Shown: positions 28,276-39,353, counted from the stretch's first letter. The stretch: 64,000 nt of DNA from Candidatus Cloacimonadales bacterium (GCA_963674825.1 OY771587.1:2912001-2976000); one strand, 5' to 3'. Translations and numbers: made by a program. The notes: generated by a model from the sequence alone, not told the origin.

Positions 28276-29196
28276 ATGGAGAAAATCGTAATTTTAGCCG
28301 GTGGTTTCTCGGAAGAGCGCGAGGTTTCGCTGGTTACTTCCGCTGAAATCGAGAAAGCGCTTCGATCAGAAGGCTTTCAGACGCTCTTGATCGATCCTTC
28401 CGATTATTCCGATTACTGTGAGGTGATCGCTGAAATCCGGGCATTCACCGCTGATGTGGTCTTTATCGGACTGCATGGCGGCGATGGGGAAGACGGACGT
28501 GTGCAGGGCATGCTGTCTCTTGCCGGAATACCCTACACAGGATCGGACTGGAAGGCGTCCGCTATCGCTATGGACAAGAATATCTCGATGCAGCTCGCCC
28601 AGTCGATCGACATCGAGATCCCGGAGTATATCTGCCTCAACAAGGGTGACGACTTCGACAGCCACGATGTGGAGATCTTCGGTTATCCGTTCGTAATCAA
28701 GCCGAATCAATCCGGTTCATCGGTCGGAATCACGATCGTCGAACAGGCTGAGCAGATCGAGGAGGCGATCCGGCTGGCATTTGAATACGGAAACCAGATT
28801 ATCGTCCAACGCTATATCAAAGGTGATGAAATTACCGCGACCATCCTCGGCGAAGAATCGCTTCCTGTTGTGAGAATACTCCCCAACAAAGGTTTTTACG
28901 ATTACACGAACAAGTACACTAAAGGTAATACAATTTACGAAGTCCCCGCGAAACTTCCAGAGGAAGCGCGTGCACGCATGAGAGCGGATGCGCTGCGTAT
29001 CTTCAAGCTTATGGGCTGTAAGGGATATGCGCGGGTAGATTTTCGGTTCGACGGTGAGCAGAGCTACTTCCTGGAGGTGAATACACTTCCCGGAATGACA
29101 CCGCTCAGCCTAACACCAATGGCGGCACGAGAAGCCGGATATGGCTTCAATGCGCTGCTCAAGAAAATCGTTGACATCGCTTTAACACATTCATAA
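28276..29196 (+). CDS. ddl: D-alanine--D-alanine ligase
   Basis: GGFSEEREVS, LHGGDGEDG, GSSVG, FYDYTNKY, ARVDF, LEVNTLPGMT. Confidence 0.96.
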   Translation: MEKIVILAGGFSEEREVSLVTSAEIEKALRSEGFQTLLIDPSDYSDYCEVIAEIRAFTADVVFIGLHGGDGEDGRVQGMLSLAGIPYTGSDWKASAIAMDKNISMQLAQSIDIEIPEYICLNKGDDFDSHDVEIFGYPFVIKPNQSGSSVGITIVEQAEQIEEAIRLAFEYGNQIIVQRYIKGDEITATILGEESLPVVRILPNKGFYDYTNKYTKGNTIYEVPAKLPEEARARMRADALRIFKLMGCKGYARVDFRFDGEQSYFLEVNTLPGMTPLSLTPMAAREAGYGFNALLKKIVDIALTHS

Positions 29197-29271
29197 CATT
29201 CGGAATAGAGTGCTCAACGTCATAAACGAATACAAAAAGTCCAACCATATATTTCTTTATGAGGAGAAACC

Positions 29272-30363
29272 ATGAAGTACTTATCCTTATTGCTTCTTTT
29301 ACTTATCGTATCGGTAGTGTTTGCGGATGATGTTCTGCAGATAACACTGCGAGATGATACGTACAATCTTTTTTACGCATCGTATATCGATCCCGATAAT
29401 CCTGCTTCCCAGCCAATCCTGTTTTCGGGTAGTGTGACCAATCCTTCCAGCGTCACGGTTCTGAACTATTACCTGAAAGTCGGGATGACCTGGAATGGTA
29501 ACATGCTAATCGATATTGAAGATGCAGACAGCAGAATTATTGCCGTGGATCCGCTCAATCCGGGTGGCATCAAGCAATTCGATTCTCGTGACATCCTGTC
29601 CAATATTCCGACCAATGGCTTCACCGGAAGCCTGACGATGGACGGAGTTTTAGACAACAACCCTGATTTCGAGGATGCAATTCTCAATACCGGTCGTTTT
29701 CCGGACGGAATCTACATTGTTACCGTTCAAGCGTTTGACGACGCAACGGATAACGCGATTTCCGAACCAATTACACTGAGCATTCAGATCATTAACCCGG
29801 TTAATATCCGGCTTCTTTTCCCCGGAATGGCGGCTGGCTCGACCATCATTTCCTATCCGACACAGCAACCGACGTTCATGTGGATCTCGAACCTGACTGA
29901 TTACACCCTGAAGATCTTCGAAATCGATGACATCACCAGCGTCTCAGCAGAAGATATCGAGAACAATACGCCATACGCCGAGATCACAAACATCCCTTCG
30001 ACAGCGTATGCATATCCCGCAAGCGCACCGATGCTTGAAATTGGCAAGATCTACGGCTGGCAGGTTACCGCACCGCTCGTCTCGCCGGCTGGAAGTTCTA
30101 ACATCAGCAAGAGCCCGGTGTTTATTTTCCGCGTTGAGAATCCAAATGCCGATCCGATCCAGATGGAAATCCTCTACTCGTTCATCCGCAATTTGCAGGG
30201 TGTCGATGGAATGGAGGGCTTCGTTGATCTACTGAATCAGGGTTATGCACCGACCGGAAATGTCATCTATCAGGGACAGACGATTGATTTTACGCAGCTC
30301 AACGAATTTTTATCGGACATCATCTCCGGTGAAATCGAAGTCAAAAGCATCATCATCGAATAG
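29272..30363 (+). CDS. Exported hypothetical protein (beta-rich, probably Ig-like domains)
   Basis: Signal peptide, RBS GAGGAG; PTFMW, LEIGKIYGWQVTA; first gene of a tight cluster. Confidence 0.8.
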   Translation: MKYLSLLLLLLIVSVVFADDVLQITLRDDTYNLFYASYIDPDNPASQPILFSGSVTNPSSVTVLNYYLKVGMTWNGNMLIDIEDADSRIIAVDPLNPGGIKQFDSRDILSNIPTNGFTGSLTMDGVLDNNPDFEDAILNTGRFPDGIYIVTVQAFDDATDNAISEPITLSIQIINPVNIRLLFPGMAAGSTIISYPTQQPTFMWISNLTDYTLKIFEIDDITSVSAEDIENNTPYAEITNIPSTAYAYPASAPMLEIGKIYGWQVTAPLVSPAGSSNISKSPVFIFRVENPNADPIQMEILYSFIRNLQGVDGMEGFVDLLNQGYAPTGNVIYQGQTIDFTQLNEFLSDIISGEIEVKSIIIE

Positions 30364-30372
30364 GAGCGTAAC

Positions 30373-31071
30373 ATGAAAAGAACAACCTATCAACTGATAG
30401 CACTACTTGCGATGGTACTGCTTCTCTCTTCCGCTGTAGAGCTACTTGCCGATGACCCGGTCGCGCTGACGATCAAAGTCAAAGGCAATGTCAAGCTCAG
30501 CCGCGGCGAGCAGATCAACGACCTTGGCAAGGGCGAAATGCTGATGAACAACGATGAATTGAACAGCTACGAGGATTCATACGCAGCTGCTAAGTTCGTT
30601 GACGGCAGCTCGCTTATCAAGCTTTTCCCGAACAGCACACTCAAGATTCAGGCTGAAGTCAATAGCGACAATCAGCTCGATAAAAAATCGTATCTGGAAC
30701 GCGGTAATATCTATTCGAAGGTCATGAAGAAAGCCGGTGTGTATGAAGTTGAAACTCCAACCACCGTGGCAAGCGTAAAAGGTACCGAATTCCTCATCTC
30801 CGTGTCCGATACCGGCGAGACGACCATCACAACGTTTCGAGGAATCGTTCGTATGGAAAACAAGACTGATGGCGAGGCGGCAGATGTGGGTCCCGGCATG
30901 ACGGCTACATCGAGCGGAGCTGGACCTATCGTCGTTGAAACCGTCAAAGATGGTGATATCGACGAACAAGTCATTGAAGAGATCGAAGAACTTGAAGAAA
31001 CCACCGACCTCGAGATTGAATTGAAGGGTCCGGATGGTGACACACGTAAAGTGATTATCGAGATGGAGTAG
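30373..31071 (+). CDS. Exported FecR-domain protein
   Basis: Signal peptide; FVDGSSLIKLFPNSTL, LERGNI, VETPTTVASVKGTEF (FecR-domain signature); acidic tail. Confidence 0.88.
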   Translation: MKRTTYQLIALLAMVLLLSSAVELLADDPVALTIKVKGNVKLSRGEQINDLGKGEMLMNNDELNSYEDSYAAAKFVDGSSLIKLFPNSTLKIQAEVNSDNQLDKKSYLERGNIYSKVMKKAGVYEVETPTTVASVKGTEFLISVSDTGETTITTFRGIVRMENKTDGEAADVGPGMTATSSGAGPIVVETVKDGDIDEQVIEEIEELEETTDLEIELKGPDGDTRKVIIEME

Positions 31072-31075
31072 GCTT

Positions 31076-33505
31076 ATGAAGAAATTGATCTACATAATCG
31101 CCATAATCAGTCTGAGCTCACTGCTTTCAGCAGCGGTGACACTTAAGCACAATCCGCCGATTTCTCTTTCACCGGATTCAGAGCAGATCATTTCTCTTGA
31201 TGTGCTCGAAGGTGTCGATGATATCGACCAAATGAACCTGTACTACCGTCAATTCGGTTCTCAGGCTTATATAAGCGTTACAATGACCCGCGATACCGGT
31301 ATCCAGCCGATGTTTACCGCGCAGATTCCGGACATTATCGAACAGGGCATCGAATACTACTTCCAAGCCGAGCTGCTCAATGGCTCGACCCAGACACTTC
31401 CAGCATCGCAACCGGAACTGAATCCCTACCGGCTTCAGACCACCGCTGCGGAAGCACCGTCGGACGACTTCATTCTGCTGTCGCCCGATTCATCTACCAT
31501 TCCTGAAAACACCGATATGATTATCGCGGTTTCCTACTTCGGTATGAAGAACGACATCGACGTCTCGACAATCCAGATATTCGTCGATGGCAACGACATG
31601 ACCGATCAGGCGACCATTACCGGCAACATGCTGTCTCTGCGCCTCGAAAAGATGCCTGCGGGTAAGCATAGTTATCAGATCAAAGCCGAGACAACCAGCG
31701 GCAAGCCGATCGTATCACGCAACTGGCAGACATCCATCAAAGGCGCTGAACCGATCAAGCTTCCGATGAACATGACCGGTCACATTCGCTTCACCGGAAC
31801 CTACGATGAGACCGAATACGACAGCGATTCCGAAGATGCACGTCGCGGTGACTGGGATATCAAGGTCAAGACACAGCAGAAGAACTTCAATATGTTTACA
31901 AAGCTGTATCTCACCTCCGAGGAAAACAAGAACCGGCAGTCACTGAACCGCTACACCTTCGGTATTCAGGTACCGCACTTCGAACTGCTCCTTGGTGACG
32001 ACTCACCGTATTTCGATTCATTCACCATGAACAACAAGAACGTTCGCGGTGTCCACGGTGACTTGAACGTTGCCGGGCTGCGGTTGAAGGTCCTCTACGG
32101 TGAATCCAAACGCAAGATCGACGGCGACTATGTCATCAATGCAGATTCGTCGCACACGATTACCGAATACGGTACGTTTAAGCGCAACACCTTCGGTTTC
32201 CGTACCGAAGCCGGTTCGCGTTCGTCATTCCTCTGGGGTCTTAGTGTTGTGAAAAACAAAGACGAACGCTTCTCTCTTGATGAGATGGAAGTCATCGACT
32301 CCGATGGCGTTCATGTGAACACACCCAAGGACAACCTGGTTATCGGTACCGACTTCCAGCTCGCCACCGCGCGCCGGGCGTTCGTACTTGGTGGTGAAGT
32401 CGCGATGAGTCTTTATAACCATGATACCTACGATGGCGCAATGAGCAAAGACTCGCTCAATACCTATCTGTATGGCGACGACTCCAGCTCCGAGATCCCA
32501 CTCGATCCCGAAGCAGTGGATGATATGATCATCATCAATAAAAACATGGAACCGATCATCCCGGGACAGTCGAGCCTGGCATTGCGACTTTACATGCAGT
32601 TGAATGTCTATCGCAACTTCCTCTCAGTATCCTATTCCGAGATCGGATCGAGCTATAACTCGCTTTCGGCAAACTATCTGCAGAACGATACATCGATATT
32701 GTCCGTCACAGATAATGTCAGTTTCTGGAGAAACCAGATCCAAATGGCGTTGGGTGTTAACTGGCAGGAAGACAACCTCTCCGACCAGAAAGCGAATACC
32801 AACGAGACGCTCAACTGGTTTTCGCAGCTGACAATCGGTCCGAGCCGCCTTCCCGCGTTGCGCCTTGGCTATAGTGTTGCCAATACTGCAAACGATGCTG
32901 AAGAAGAGGATGCGGAACTCGATCAGACGGTATCTACCTTGAATGTTGGGCTTTCGTATGACGCGATACAGTTACTGGCAGTGCCTACCATGTTCGCAGT
33001 CAATTTCAATACCAGTGATGGTGATAGCGACATGAACAATAACTTCGAAAGCAAGATGAACACCATCTCAATCTCAGCCGTATCGCGCTTCCGCGATCTT
33101 CCGGTCAAGACCGTCCTGCAGTTCAGCACGACCGGCAAGGACTTCGATCAGGTCGTGAGGGATTATGACGAAAATACCGACACGTACACCATTCTCTCCC
33201 AATATGAAGAGAATACGACGTACAACACCTTCTACGGCAAGATGGACTGGCAGTTCTTCCAGGAACGTCTGAAACCGTTCATGAGCATGAGCTGGACCAC
33301 CGTAACCGGCGACCAGGATAATGACGGACTCAAAACCGACACCGAGCAAAATATCTTCAGCACCAGTATCGGTACTTCGTACATGGTCATCGAAGATCTT
33401 GATACGATGCTCAGCTTCGGTATTCGTGAGTTCACTGACAACGAAGTCAGCCAAAACGACTACTCTCGCTTCGACATGAAGTTCAAAGCAAGTTATCGAT
33501 TCTAA
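31076..33505 (+). CDS. Putative outer-membrane beta-barrel protein with N-terminal Ig-like domains
   Basis: Signal peptide; N-terminal HNPP...LYYRQ...IEYYF; long amphipathic beta region; C-terminal MKFKASYRF (BAM-type aromatic end). Confidence 0.75.
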   Translation: MKKLIYIIAIISLSSLLSAAVTLKHNPPISLSPDSEQIISLDVLEGVDDIDQMNLYYRQFGSQAYISVTMTRDTGIQPMFTAQIPDIIEQGIEYYFQAELLNGSTQTLPASQPELNPYRLQTTAAEAPSDDFILLSPDSSTIPENTDMIIAVSYFGMKNDIDVSTIQIFVDGNDMTDQATITGNMLSLRLEKMPAGKHSYQIKAETTSGKPIVSRNWQTSIKGAEPIKLPMNMTGHIRFTGTYDETEYDSDSEDARRGDWDIKVKTQQKNFNMFTKLYLTSEENKNRQSLNRYTFGIQVPHFELLLGDDSPYFDSFTMNNKNVRGVHGDLNVAGLRLKVLYGESKRKIDGDYVINADSSHTITEYGTFKRNTFGFRTEAGSRSSFLWGLSVVKNKDERFSLDEMEVIDSDGVHVNTPKDNLVIGTDFQLATARRAFVLGGEVAMSLYNHDTYDGAMSKDSLNTYLYGDDSSSEIPLDPEAVDDMIIINKNMEPIIPGQSSLALRLYMQLNVYRNFLSVSYSEIGSSYNSLSANYLQNDTSILSVTDNVSFWRNQIQMALGVNWQEDNLSDQKANTNETLNWFSQLTIGPSRLPALRLGYSVANTANDAEEEDAELDQTVSTLNVGLSYDAIQLLAVPTMFAVNFNTSDGDSDMNNNFESKMNTISISAVSRFRDLPVKTVLQFSTTGKDFDQVVRDYDENTDTYTILSQYEENTTYNTFYGKMDWQFFQERLKPFMSMSWTTVTGDQDNDGLKTDTEQNIFSTSIGTSYMVIEDLDTMLSFGIREFTDNEVSQNDYSRFDMKFKASYRF

Positions 33506-33512
33506 ACAACCT

Positions 33513-33546
33513 AAAACTGGCGGTGAGAAATCACCGCCAGTTTTTT
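33513..33546 (+). terminator. Rho-independent terminator (bidirectional-looking)
   Basis: AAAACTGGCGGTGA-GAAA-TCACCGCCAGTTTTTT perfect stem. Confidence 0.8.
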
Positions 33547-33562
33547 ACCATTCGGACCGTTC

Positions 33563-35449
33563 ATGAAATTCGAGACATTTTCCAAAAATCTTAGATTCTT
33601 TGCGCTTCTGTTTCTGATCTTCATCCTGCTGCAAGTGTTCTTCCTTACCGATTTCTGGGTTCACTTCGATTACAAGGTTTATGACACATTCGTGCAGTAT
33701 AGAGGTGCGACAGAACTCTCCAACGACATCCTCATCGTCAACATCGATCAGGATACATTCGATTCAATCGAAACCTACAGCTGGCCCTATCCACGGACGG
33801 TTTATGCCAAACTGATCGAGAATATCTTCGAAGCAGGTGCGAAGCTGGTTGTCGTCGATATCGAATTCACCGAGTCGCGCGACGCGGTGGAAGACAGCAT
33901 CCTCGCTGCGACCTGCGCGAAATACCGAGACAAGCTGGTAATGGCTGGGTCTGTGATAAGAGAGCATCACGCGGGATATATACACGAGCGCATTGTGCCG
34001 CCCATCAAACCGTTGCTGGAAGCAGGAATTCCTTGGGGTGTAGTAAATATTCACACCGACGCAGACGGTTTTGTGCGCCACTATTCGCTTTATCAGAAGT
34101 ACCGCGAGCGCGATTATTACGCTTTGGGTGTTCTCGGCCTGGCGCTATACAACGACGGGCACAAGCAGATGCTGACGAATATCCACGACGGGAATCCGTT
34201 TGTGATCGATGGAGAGCATCCGATCTCTATCCCCAAGTTTGGAGCTAATACAGCCATGATCCGGTTCTATGGATCGGCCGGGAAATTCCAGTGGGTGCCG
34301 CTCTATCAGATCGTCGATGACATGATGTTCGATATCTCCGATTTCGACCTGGATTCATATGAAAATCACATCCTTGCAGACAGTGTCTTGAAGGACAAGA
34401 TCGTCCTCATTGGATCCACGCTCAAAGAGCATCATGACTACTTCAGCACGCCATTTTACTCGGGCCTGACACCCGGTGTGGAAATCCACGCCAATTTCAT
34501 GGAGATGTGTCTGCACGACGACGCCATCGATCGCTTTCCATTCATCTGGTGGCTGATCATCCAGTTCGCGATGTTCGTGGTGCTGAGCTACGTATTCGTC
34601 AGGATATCACCTGGTGTATCACTGTTCATTACCCTTGCGTTGATCGCGGCAAGCCTATGCGGAACCTATCAACTGCTTACGCGGCTGGATACCTTCGCGC
34701 CAAACCTGGAAATACCGCTTCTGATCGCGATCCTTTATTTCATAAGCCTGCTGCGTCATTACATTCGAACTTCCCGTGAAAAGCGGCAAATTCGTAACGC
34801 CTTCCGCCAGTATATGGCGCCGGATCTGGTAAATGAACTGCTTCGTCATCCCGACCAGCTTAAATACGGTGGTGAGGAGAAGGTGATCACGGTTCTGTTT
34901 TCCGATATCCGATCGTTCACCACATACACTGAGAGCCATCCACCGCAGGAAACGGTCGCGATGCTGCGCGAATACCTTACCGCGATGGTCGATTGCATCA
35001 TTCGGCACAAGGGAACGCTGGACAAATTTGTGGGGGATGAAATCATGGCATTGTTCGGTGTACCGGTAGAGCTCGAAAGCCACGCTTTGGTTGCGTGCCG
35101 GGTAGCTCTGGAGATGCGCGTCGAGCTTGAGAAGTTGCACGAGAAATGGCGATCCGAAGGCAAACAGATCTTCGAGATTGGTATCGGCTTGAACAGTGGT
35201 CCTGCTACGGTGGGAAATCTTGGTTCAGAGCAGATTTTCGACTACACAGCGATTGGAGACAATATCAACCTCGGGGCTCGCCTGGAAGCGCTGAACAAGG
35301 AATACGACGCCGAGCACAAGATCATCATCAGCGATAGAACCTTGAAATTTGTGGAAGGGCAGGTCGATGTTCGCTACCTGGGTGAAGTAAAAGTCAAGGG
35401 TAAAGAGGAAGCTGTGAAGATCTATTCTCTGATAGGTATTAAAGAATAA
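33563..35449 (+). CDS. CHASE2-domain class III adenylate/guanylate cyclase
   Basis: CHASE2 (IVNID, WPYPR, DADGFVR, KIVLIG, PGVEIHA), TMs, cyclase [35 protein letters not shown]. Confidence 0.95.
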   Translation: MKFETFSKNLRFFALLFLIFILLQVFFLTDFWVHFDYKVYDTFVQYRGATELSNDILIVNIDQDTFDSIETYSWPYPRTVYAKLIENIFEAGAKLVVVDIEFTESRDAVEDSILAATCAKYRDKLVMAGSVIREHHAGYIHERIVPPIKPLLEAGIPWGVVNIHTDADGFVRHYSLYQKYRERDYYALGVLGLALYNDGHKQMLTNIHDGNPFVIDGEHPISIPKFGANTAMIRFYGSAGKFQWVPLYQIVDDMMFDISDFDLDSYENHILADSVLKDKIVLIGSTLKEHHDYFSTPFYSGLTPGVEIHANFMEMCLHDDAIDRFPFIWWLIIQFAMFVVLSYVFVRISPGVSLFITLALIAASLCGTYQLLTRLDTFAPNLEIPLLIAILYFISLLRHYIRTSREKRQIRNAFRQYMAPDLVNELLRHPDQLKYGGEEKVITVLFSDIRSFTTYTESHPPQETVAMLREYLTAMVDCIIRHKGTLDKFVGDEIMALFGVPVELESHALVACRVALEMRVELEKLHEKWRSEGKQIFEIGIGLNSGPATVGNLGSEQIFDYTAIGDNINLGARLEALNKEYDAEHKIIISDRTLKFVEGQVDVRYLGEVKVKGKEEAVKIYSLIGIKE

Positions 35450-35468
35450 CGAATATGGAGTTGATAGC

Positions 35469-35945
35469 ATGCACGAGAAGATCAAACGAGTTTCGGAACT
35501 GAAGGCGTTGCTGGATCTTGATAAGAATAAGAAGGTCGTCTTCACGAACGGTTGCTTCGATATCATCCATGTGGGCCATGTTGTGTATTTAAGCGAGGCG
35601 AAATCTCTGGGTGATATTCTGGTGGTTGGTCTTAACAGCGATTCGTCGGTGAAGCGTCTTAAGGGCGAGAGCAGACCAGTGAATAATCAGCGCGACCGCG
35701 CAACGGTGCTCTCAGCGCTGGAGTCGGTAGACTATGTGGTGATCTTCGATGAGGATACTCCTTATAACCTGATCAATGCGCTCATACCGGATGTCCTGGT
35801 TAAGGGTGGCGATTGGTTACCGGATCAGATTGTCGGAGCTGACATCGTGATCAAAAACGGAGGTACGGTAAGAAGCCTTCGGTTTGTGCAGGGAAAATCG
35901 ACCACGAATCTGATCGAACAAATTCAAAAAAAGGACGAGAACTGA
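35469..35945 (+). CDS. rfaE2: D-glycero-beta-D-manno-heptose 1-phosphate adenylyltransferase
   Basis: [36 protein letters not shown]. Confidence 0.92.
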   Translation: MHEKIKRVSELKALLDLDKNKKVVFTNGCFDIIHVGHVVYLSEAKSLGDILVVGLNSDSSVKRLKGESRPVNNQRDRATVLSALESVDYVVIFDEDTPYNLINALIPDVLVKGGDWLPDQIVGADIVIKNGGTVRSLRFVQGKSTTNLIEQIQKKDEN

Positions 35946-35946
35946 T

Positions 35947-36372
35947 ATGGAGATGAACGACGGCATCGAGAAAGGTGTGGTGAAATCGATTGAAAACGGT
36001 GTGGCGACGGTAGTTGTCGGAAGAACCGGTGCATGCGACAGTTGCATGATCAGCGGCATGTGTATGGGGAAGAATAAAACGATTGAACACCAGATTCGCA
36101 CCAATATTCCACTGAAACCTGGCGATTGCGTTCGTATCGAAATTGCTCCTGCATCGCGGATTGCGTCATCATTCATCGTGTTTATCGTACCGATCATCAT
36201 GATGGTGGTTTTTTACTCTGTAGGACGTTTTCTGATTCACCTTGAGGAAGTTTTCAGCATCCTCGTCTCGATCGGCGGACTGCTACTCAGCGGTATCATC
36301 ATATATATGTTCGATAAGCTGATGAGTGGTAAGATTAACGTGGAGATCATGGAAAAGCTGGAGGAAGCATGA
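35947..36372 (+). CDS. RseC/MucC-family protein
   Basis: EKGVV...ACDSC..GMC, GDCVRI, two C-terminal TMs. Confidence 0.8.
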   Translation: MEMNDGIEKGVVKSIENGVATVVVGRTGACDSCMISGMCMGKNKTIEHQIRTNIPLKPGDCVRIEIAPASRIASSFIVFIVPIIMMVVFYSVGRFLIHLEEVFSILVSIGGLLLSGIIIYMFDKLMSGKINVEIMEKLEEA

Positions 36373-36728
36373 AAGTCCATCTGAACAATATGATATTCTA
36401 CGGCTACCATGGTGTGTTCCCGGAGGAACGCAAGCTTGGTCAGCGATTCATTGTCACCCTGATGTTCGAGACGAATCCCGACCTCGATCTGGAAATTCAT
36501 GCGCTCGAAGATACGGTAGATTACACCCGTGTTTTCGACGAGGTCAAGCACATCATGGAGACGCACCAGTTTTACATTTTAGAGAAATGCGCCAACGAGA
36601 TTCTCGACAAGCTTTTCTCCGATTTCCCGAAGATCATGCGTGCGAATATCCGCATCAAGAAGCCATTTGTCGCCATCAACGCCTCTCTGGACGGCGTGGA
36701 AGTTGAAATGGAGCGTACGCGGGAATGA
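36369..36728 (+). CDS. folB: Dihydroneopterin aldolase
   Basis: FYGYHGVFPEERKLGQRF, DTVDY, IKKP. Confidence 0.95.
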   Translation: MKVHLNNMIFYGYHGVFPEERKLGQRFIVTLMFETNPDLDLEIHALEDTVDYTRVFDEVKHIMETHQFYILEKCANEILDKLFSDFPKIMRANIRIKKPFVAINASLDGVEVEMERTRE

Positions 36729-37180
36729 TCGTCTATCTCTCGTTGGGTTCCAATCTGGGGGAGCGCGACGCGAATCTCAAACACGCCCTTCGCATGCTGG
36801 ACGAATTACCGGATACTCTTCTGCAAAATGTCAGCAGCATCCTGGAAACCGAGCCCTGGGGATACACACGCCAACCGCAGTTTCTAAACTGCGCAGCACG
36901 CATCGAAACAACGCTTTCCTGCAACGATCTCCTCGCAGCCTGCCAAAGCATCGAAAAGGAGCTTGGACGCGAGCGGGATATTCATTGGGGTCCGCGCGTG
37001 ATCGATATCGACATTGTCTTCTATGGGGATCGGGTGATCCAAGAGGAGCACTTGAAGGTTCCGCATATTCATGCGCACGAGCGGAGATTCGTTCTGGAAC
37101 CACTGGTGGAAATCGATCCCGACCTGCTGCACCCGATTCTCAAGATGACGGTTGCAGAGTTATTACGACGACTCGACTAA
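36725..37180 (+). CDS. folK: 2-amino-4-hydroxy-6-hydroxymethyldihydropteridine diphosphokinase
   Basis: YLSLGSNLG, ETEPWG, FLNC, WGPRVIDIDI, PH..ERRFVLEPL. Confidence 0.96.
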   Translation: MIVYLSLGSNLGERDANLKHALRMLDELPDTLLQNVSSILETEPWGYTRQPQFLNCAARIETTLSCNDLLAACQSIEKELGRERDIHWGPRVIDIDIVFYGDRVIQEEHLKVPHIHAHERRFVLEPLVEIDPDLLHPILKMTVAELLRRLD

Positions 37181-37202
37181 CAGAACATTTCCGGGGGATT
37201 AA

Positions 37203-37655
37203 ATGCTCAAACTTCTTGTGTTTCTGCGTTATACGATTGTCTTTTGCGCTGTATTCTTAGGCTTCTTCTTTGCTTCTCAGCCAGACCTGGCGTTGAAAAT
37301 CGTCTCGTTGGGAATGGTGGGTGCGGTTGGTATTCTCAGCTTCATCACGCATGTTCCACTCCACAAGGCTGATGCTGCACGGCTTGGATGGAAAACAGAA
37401 CGCCCGGACTGGCAGTTCGAAGTCGGTTTTGCAAATCTCTCGTTTGGCCTTGCCTCGATATTGGCAGCTTTTTGGTGCGGGGGTATGCGCGTTGTTTTAA
37501 TCTGCTATGCAATTTACTTGTTACAGGCTGCGATACTTCACGGATACAGAGCCCTGAGCGTGAAGCCGGTGGAACTTGCCCGGCTCTTCCGTAGCAGCTT
37601 TCTAACGCTTATTTACAGCGTCTTCATGATATACTTCGCGGTGTATCTGAAATAG
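37203..37655 (+). CDS. Small membrane protein (DUF6790-like)
   Basis: Several TMs; AARLGW...WQFEVGFANL. Family assignment is from memory. Confidence 0.65.
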   Translation: MLKLLVFLRYTIVFCAVFLGFFFASQPDLALKIVSLGMVGAVGILSFITHVPLHKADAARLGWKTERPDWQFEVGFANLSFGLASILAAFWCGGMRVVLICYAIYLLQAAILHGYRALSVKPVELARLFRSSFLTLIYSVFMIYFAVYLK

Positions 37656-37667
37656 TCAGAATTTTAT

Positions 37668-39353
37668 CTAGCCATCAATAGACGGAGAGTGTTTGTCGAT
37701 ATTTTCTTTCTGATCAAAAACCACCATCTGTGTGCCTTCGCTATATTCTTCGAATCGAATCGCATCAGCCGAGTGGAATTTCTTCAGAATATCTTGAATG
37801 CGCTCGAGAGAACTGCTGATATTGTTCAATCGCTTAATCTGTCCTGCATCCAATGAATCGAGATCAATCGTCATCATGTACATTTCAAGGTTCCCTTTCA
37901 GGATCATCAGGGGCTGGTTAATCTCATGGCTTGCCGTAACTGCCATCGCCAGCGCGGATGTCTTGCGTTCCAGTTCAGCCTTCTCACGCTCAGCTCGAAC
38001 ACGCTGCTGGAATTCCTGATGCATGACTTGATTTGCTTTTGTCAGCTCTCCATGCTGCTTTTCTGCTTCTTCCTGATATTGTGAGTATGCGCGCTGGATT
38101 CTTCTGGAAATTCCGTAAAACAATGCGATACCGGTCAATGTATAAGCGAGAATCAAAAGCAGCAGCTTGAGGTAATCGCTCCGGAGAATACTATAGATCG
38201 TGTTTTTATCGTAAAGCAGTGGCTGGTCGTTCGTTCCGAATACAATCTTCCGGAAGTACTCTTTATTCTCCTCGGCTGATTCGTTAAACTGGTTGAATGA
38301 TATACTTCTGGCAATAATCCAGTTCGTTTCGGGAATTATTTTGTAGTAGGTGAGAAGTTCTTCGGGTTTTTGCCCCATTTTACGCTGTTCAACTGAACGA
38401 ATGTAAGCTTCGCCGGTCATACGGATTTCCTTCAACATCTCACTGTAAAAAGGATACTCGTGGATGTCGATCTCATTGGATGAAATCAGTTTGCCGTTGT
38501 TGCGAGGTATTTGCTGGTCAACCAGGATTCGAGCGAACCCATCTCCACCCTCGGCGTTGATAAGTTCCATAATACGTGTGTTGGACTCCGTTTCTATATT
38601 GCGAGAGAGGGTACCCAGGTGATTCATCAAGTTTCGAGTAAGCTCAGTGTAAAACGATTGCTCATAAGCACCGAAGCACAGGATCCAGCCCGTATGTTTG
38701 ATGTGAATTGCTTGAGCCAGCGCTGGTTGTTTACTTTTATCTTCGGTGTTCCCAGATGTAGGATAATGGAACCAGGATTCCGAATTGGTCTTCATCGTAT
38801 TGACGATTCGAGTGACATCGTATTTCTGATAAAGGGTATCTCGATTTAATTGCTCTTTATTACCTTCACCACCGCAATAATGCCTTATTTCTCCCTTCTC
38901 ATCCAGAACGAAGTAGAAACGATCCTTGGGGCAGCTAAGTTTCAGATTTTCTTCTTCATCGGATGCATTTTCCCCCTCGTCAGAGACATCACGCGTGATT
39001 GAACCAGAGAGCATTTGCAGGGTATTTTGTATATCTGTACGAATCAAACGTTCGATTTGAGCCTGAACTTGGAAAATGTTCTCGATTTCAAGATTCGTGG
39101 TTTCTTTCAGCATCTGACGGTTACGCTGGATCATCTCGCCCTGGATCATACGAGACATAGTATTAAATCGTTTTTCGAAAGTTTCCCTCTGGAAGGAGAC
39201 ATTCCGTTCGAAAAACTTGCTCTGTTCCAGGAAGATGCGGTTCAAATTATGATATAGTATATACCCGACGCCTGCTGAAAGAAGCAGAACGACGACCAGC
39301 GAACTGATCATGTGTATTTTATACACTCCAGGCTGTTCGAGTGACTTTTTCAT
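37668..39353 (-). CDS. Cache-domain membrane sensor with a HisKA H-box but no HATPase domain
   Basis: Two TMs around a large periplasmic region (Cache-like YFVLDEKG, HTGWILCFG, ETNWII); ASHEINQPL; ends about 85 aa later without N/G1/F/G2 boxes. Confidence 0.75.
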   Translation of the reverse strand: MKKSLEQPGVYKIHMISSLVVVLLLSAGVGYILYHNLNRIFLEQSKFFERNVSFQRETFEKRFNTMSRMIQGEMIQRNRQMLKETTNLEIENIFQVQAQIERLIRTDIQNTLQMLSGSITRDVSDEGENASDEEENLKLSCPKDRFYFVLDEKGEIRHYCGGEGNKEQLNRDTLYQKYDVTRIVNTMKTNSESWFHYPTSGNTEDKSKQPALAQAIHIKHTGWILCFGAYEQSFYTELTRNLMNHLGTLSRNIETESNTRIMELINAEGGDGFARILVDQQIPRNNGKLISSNEIDIHEYPFYSEMLKEIRMTGEAYIRSVEQRKMGQKPEELLTYYKIIPETNWIIARSISFNQFNESAEENKEYFRKIVFGTNDQPLLYDKNTIYSILRSDYLKLLLLILAYTLTGIALFYGISRRIQRAYSQYQEEAEKQHGELTKANQVMHQEFQQRVRAEREKAELERKTSALAMAVTASHEINQPLMILKGNLEMYMMTIDLDSLDAGQIKRLNNISSSLERIQDILKKFHSADAIRFEEYSEGTQMVVFDQKENIDKHSPSIDG

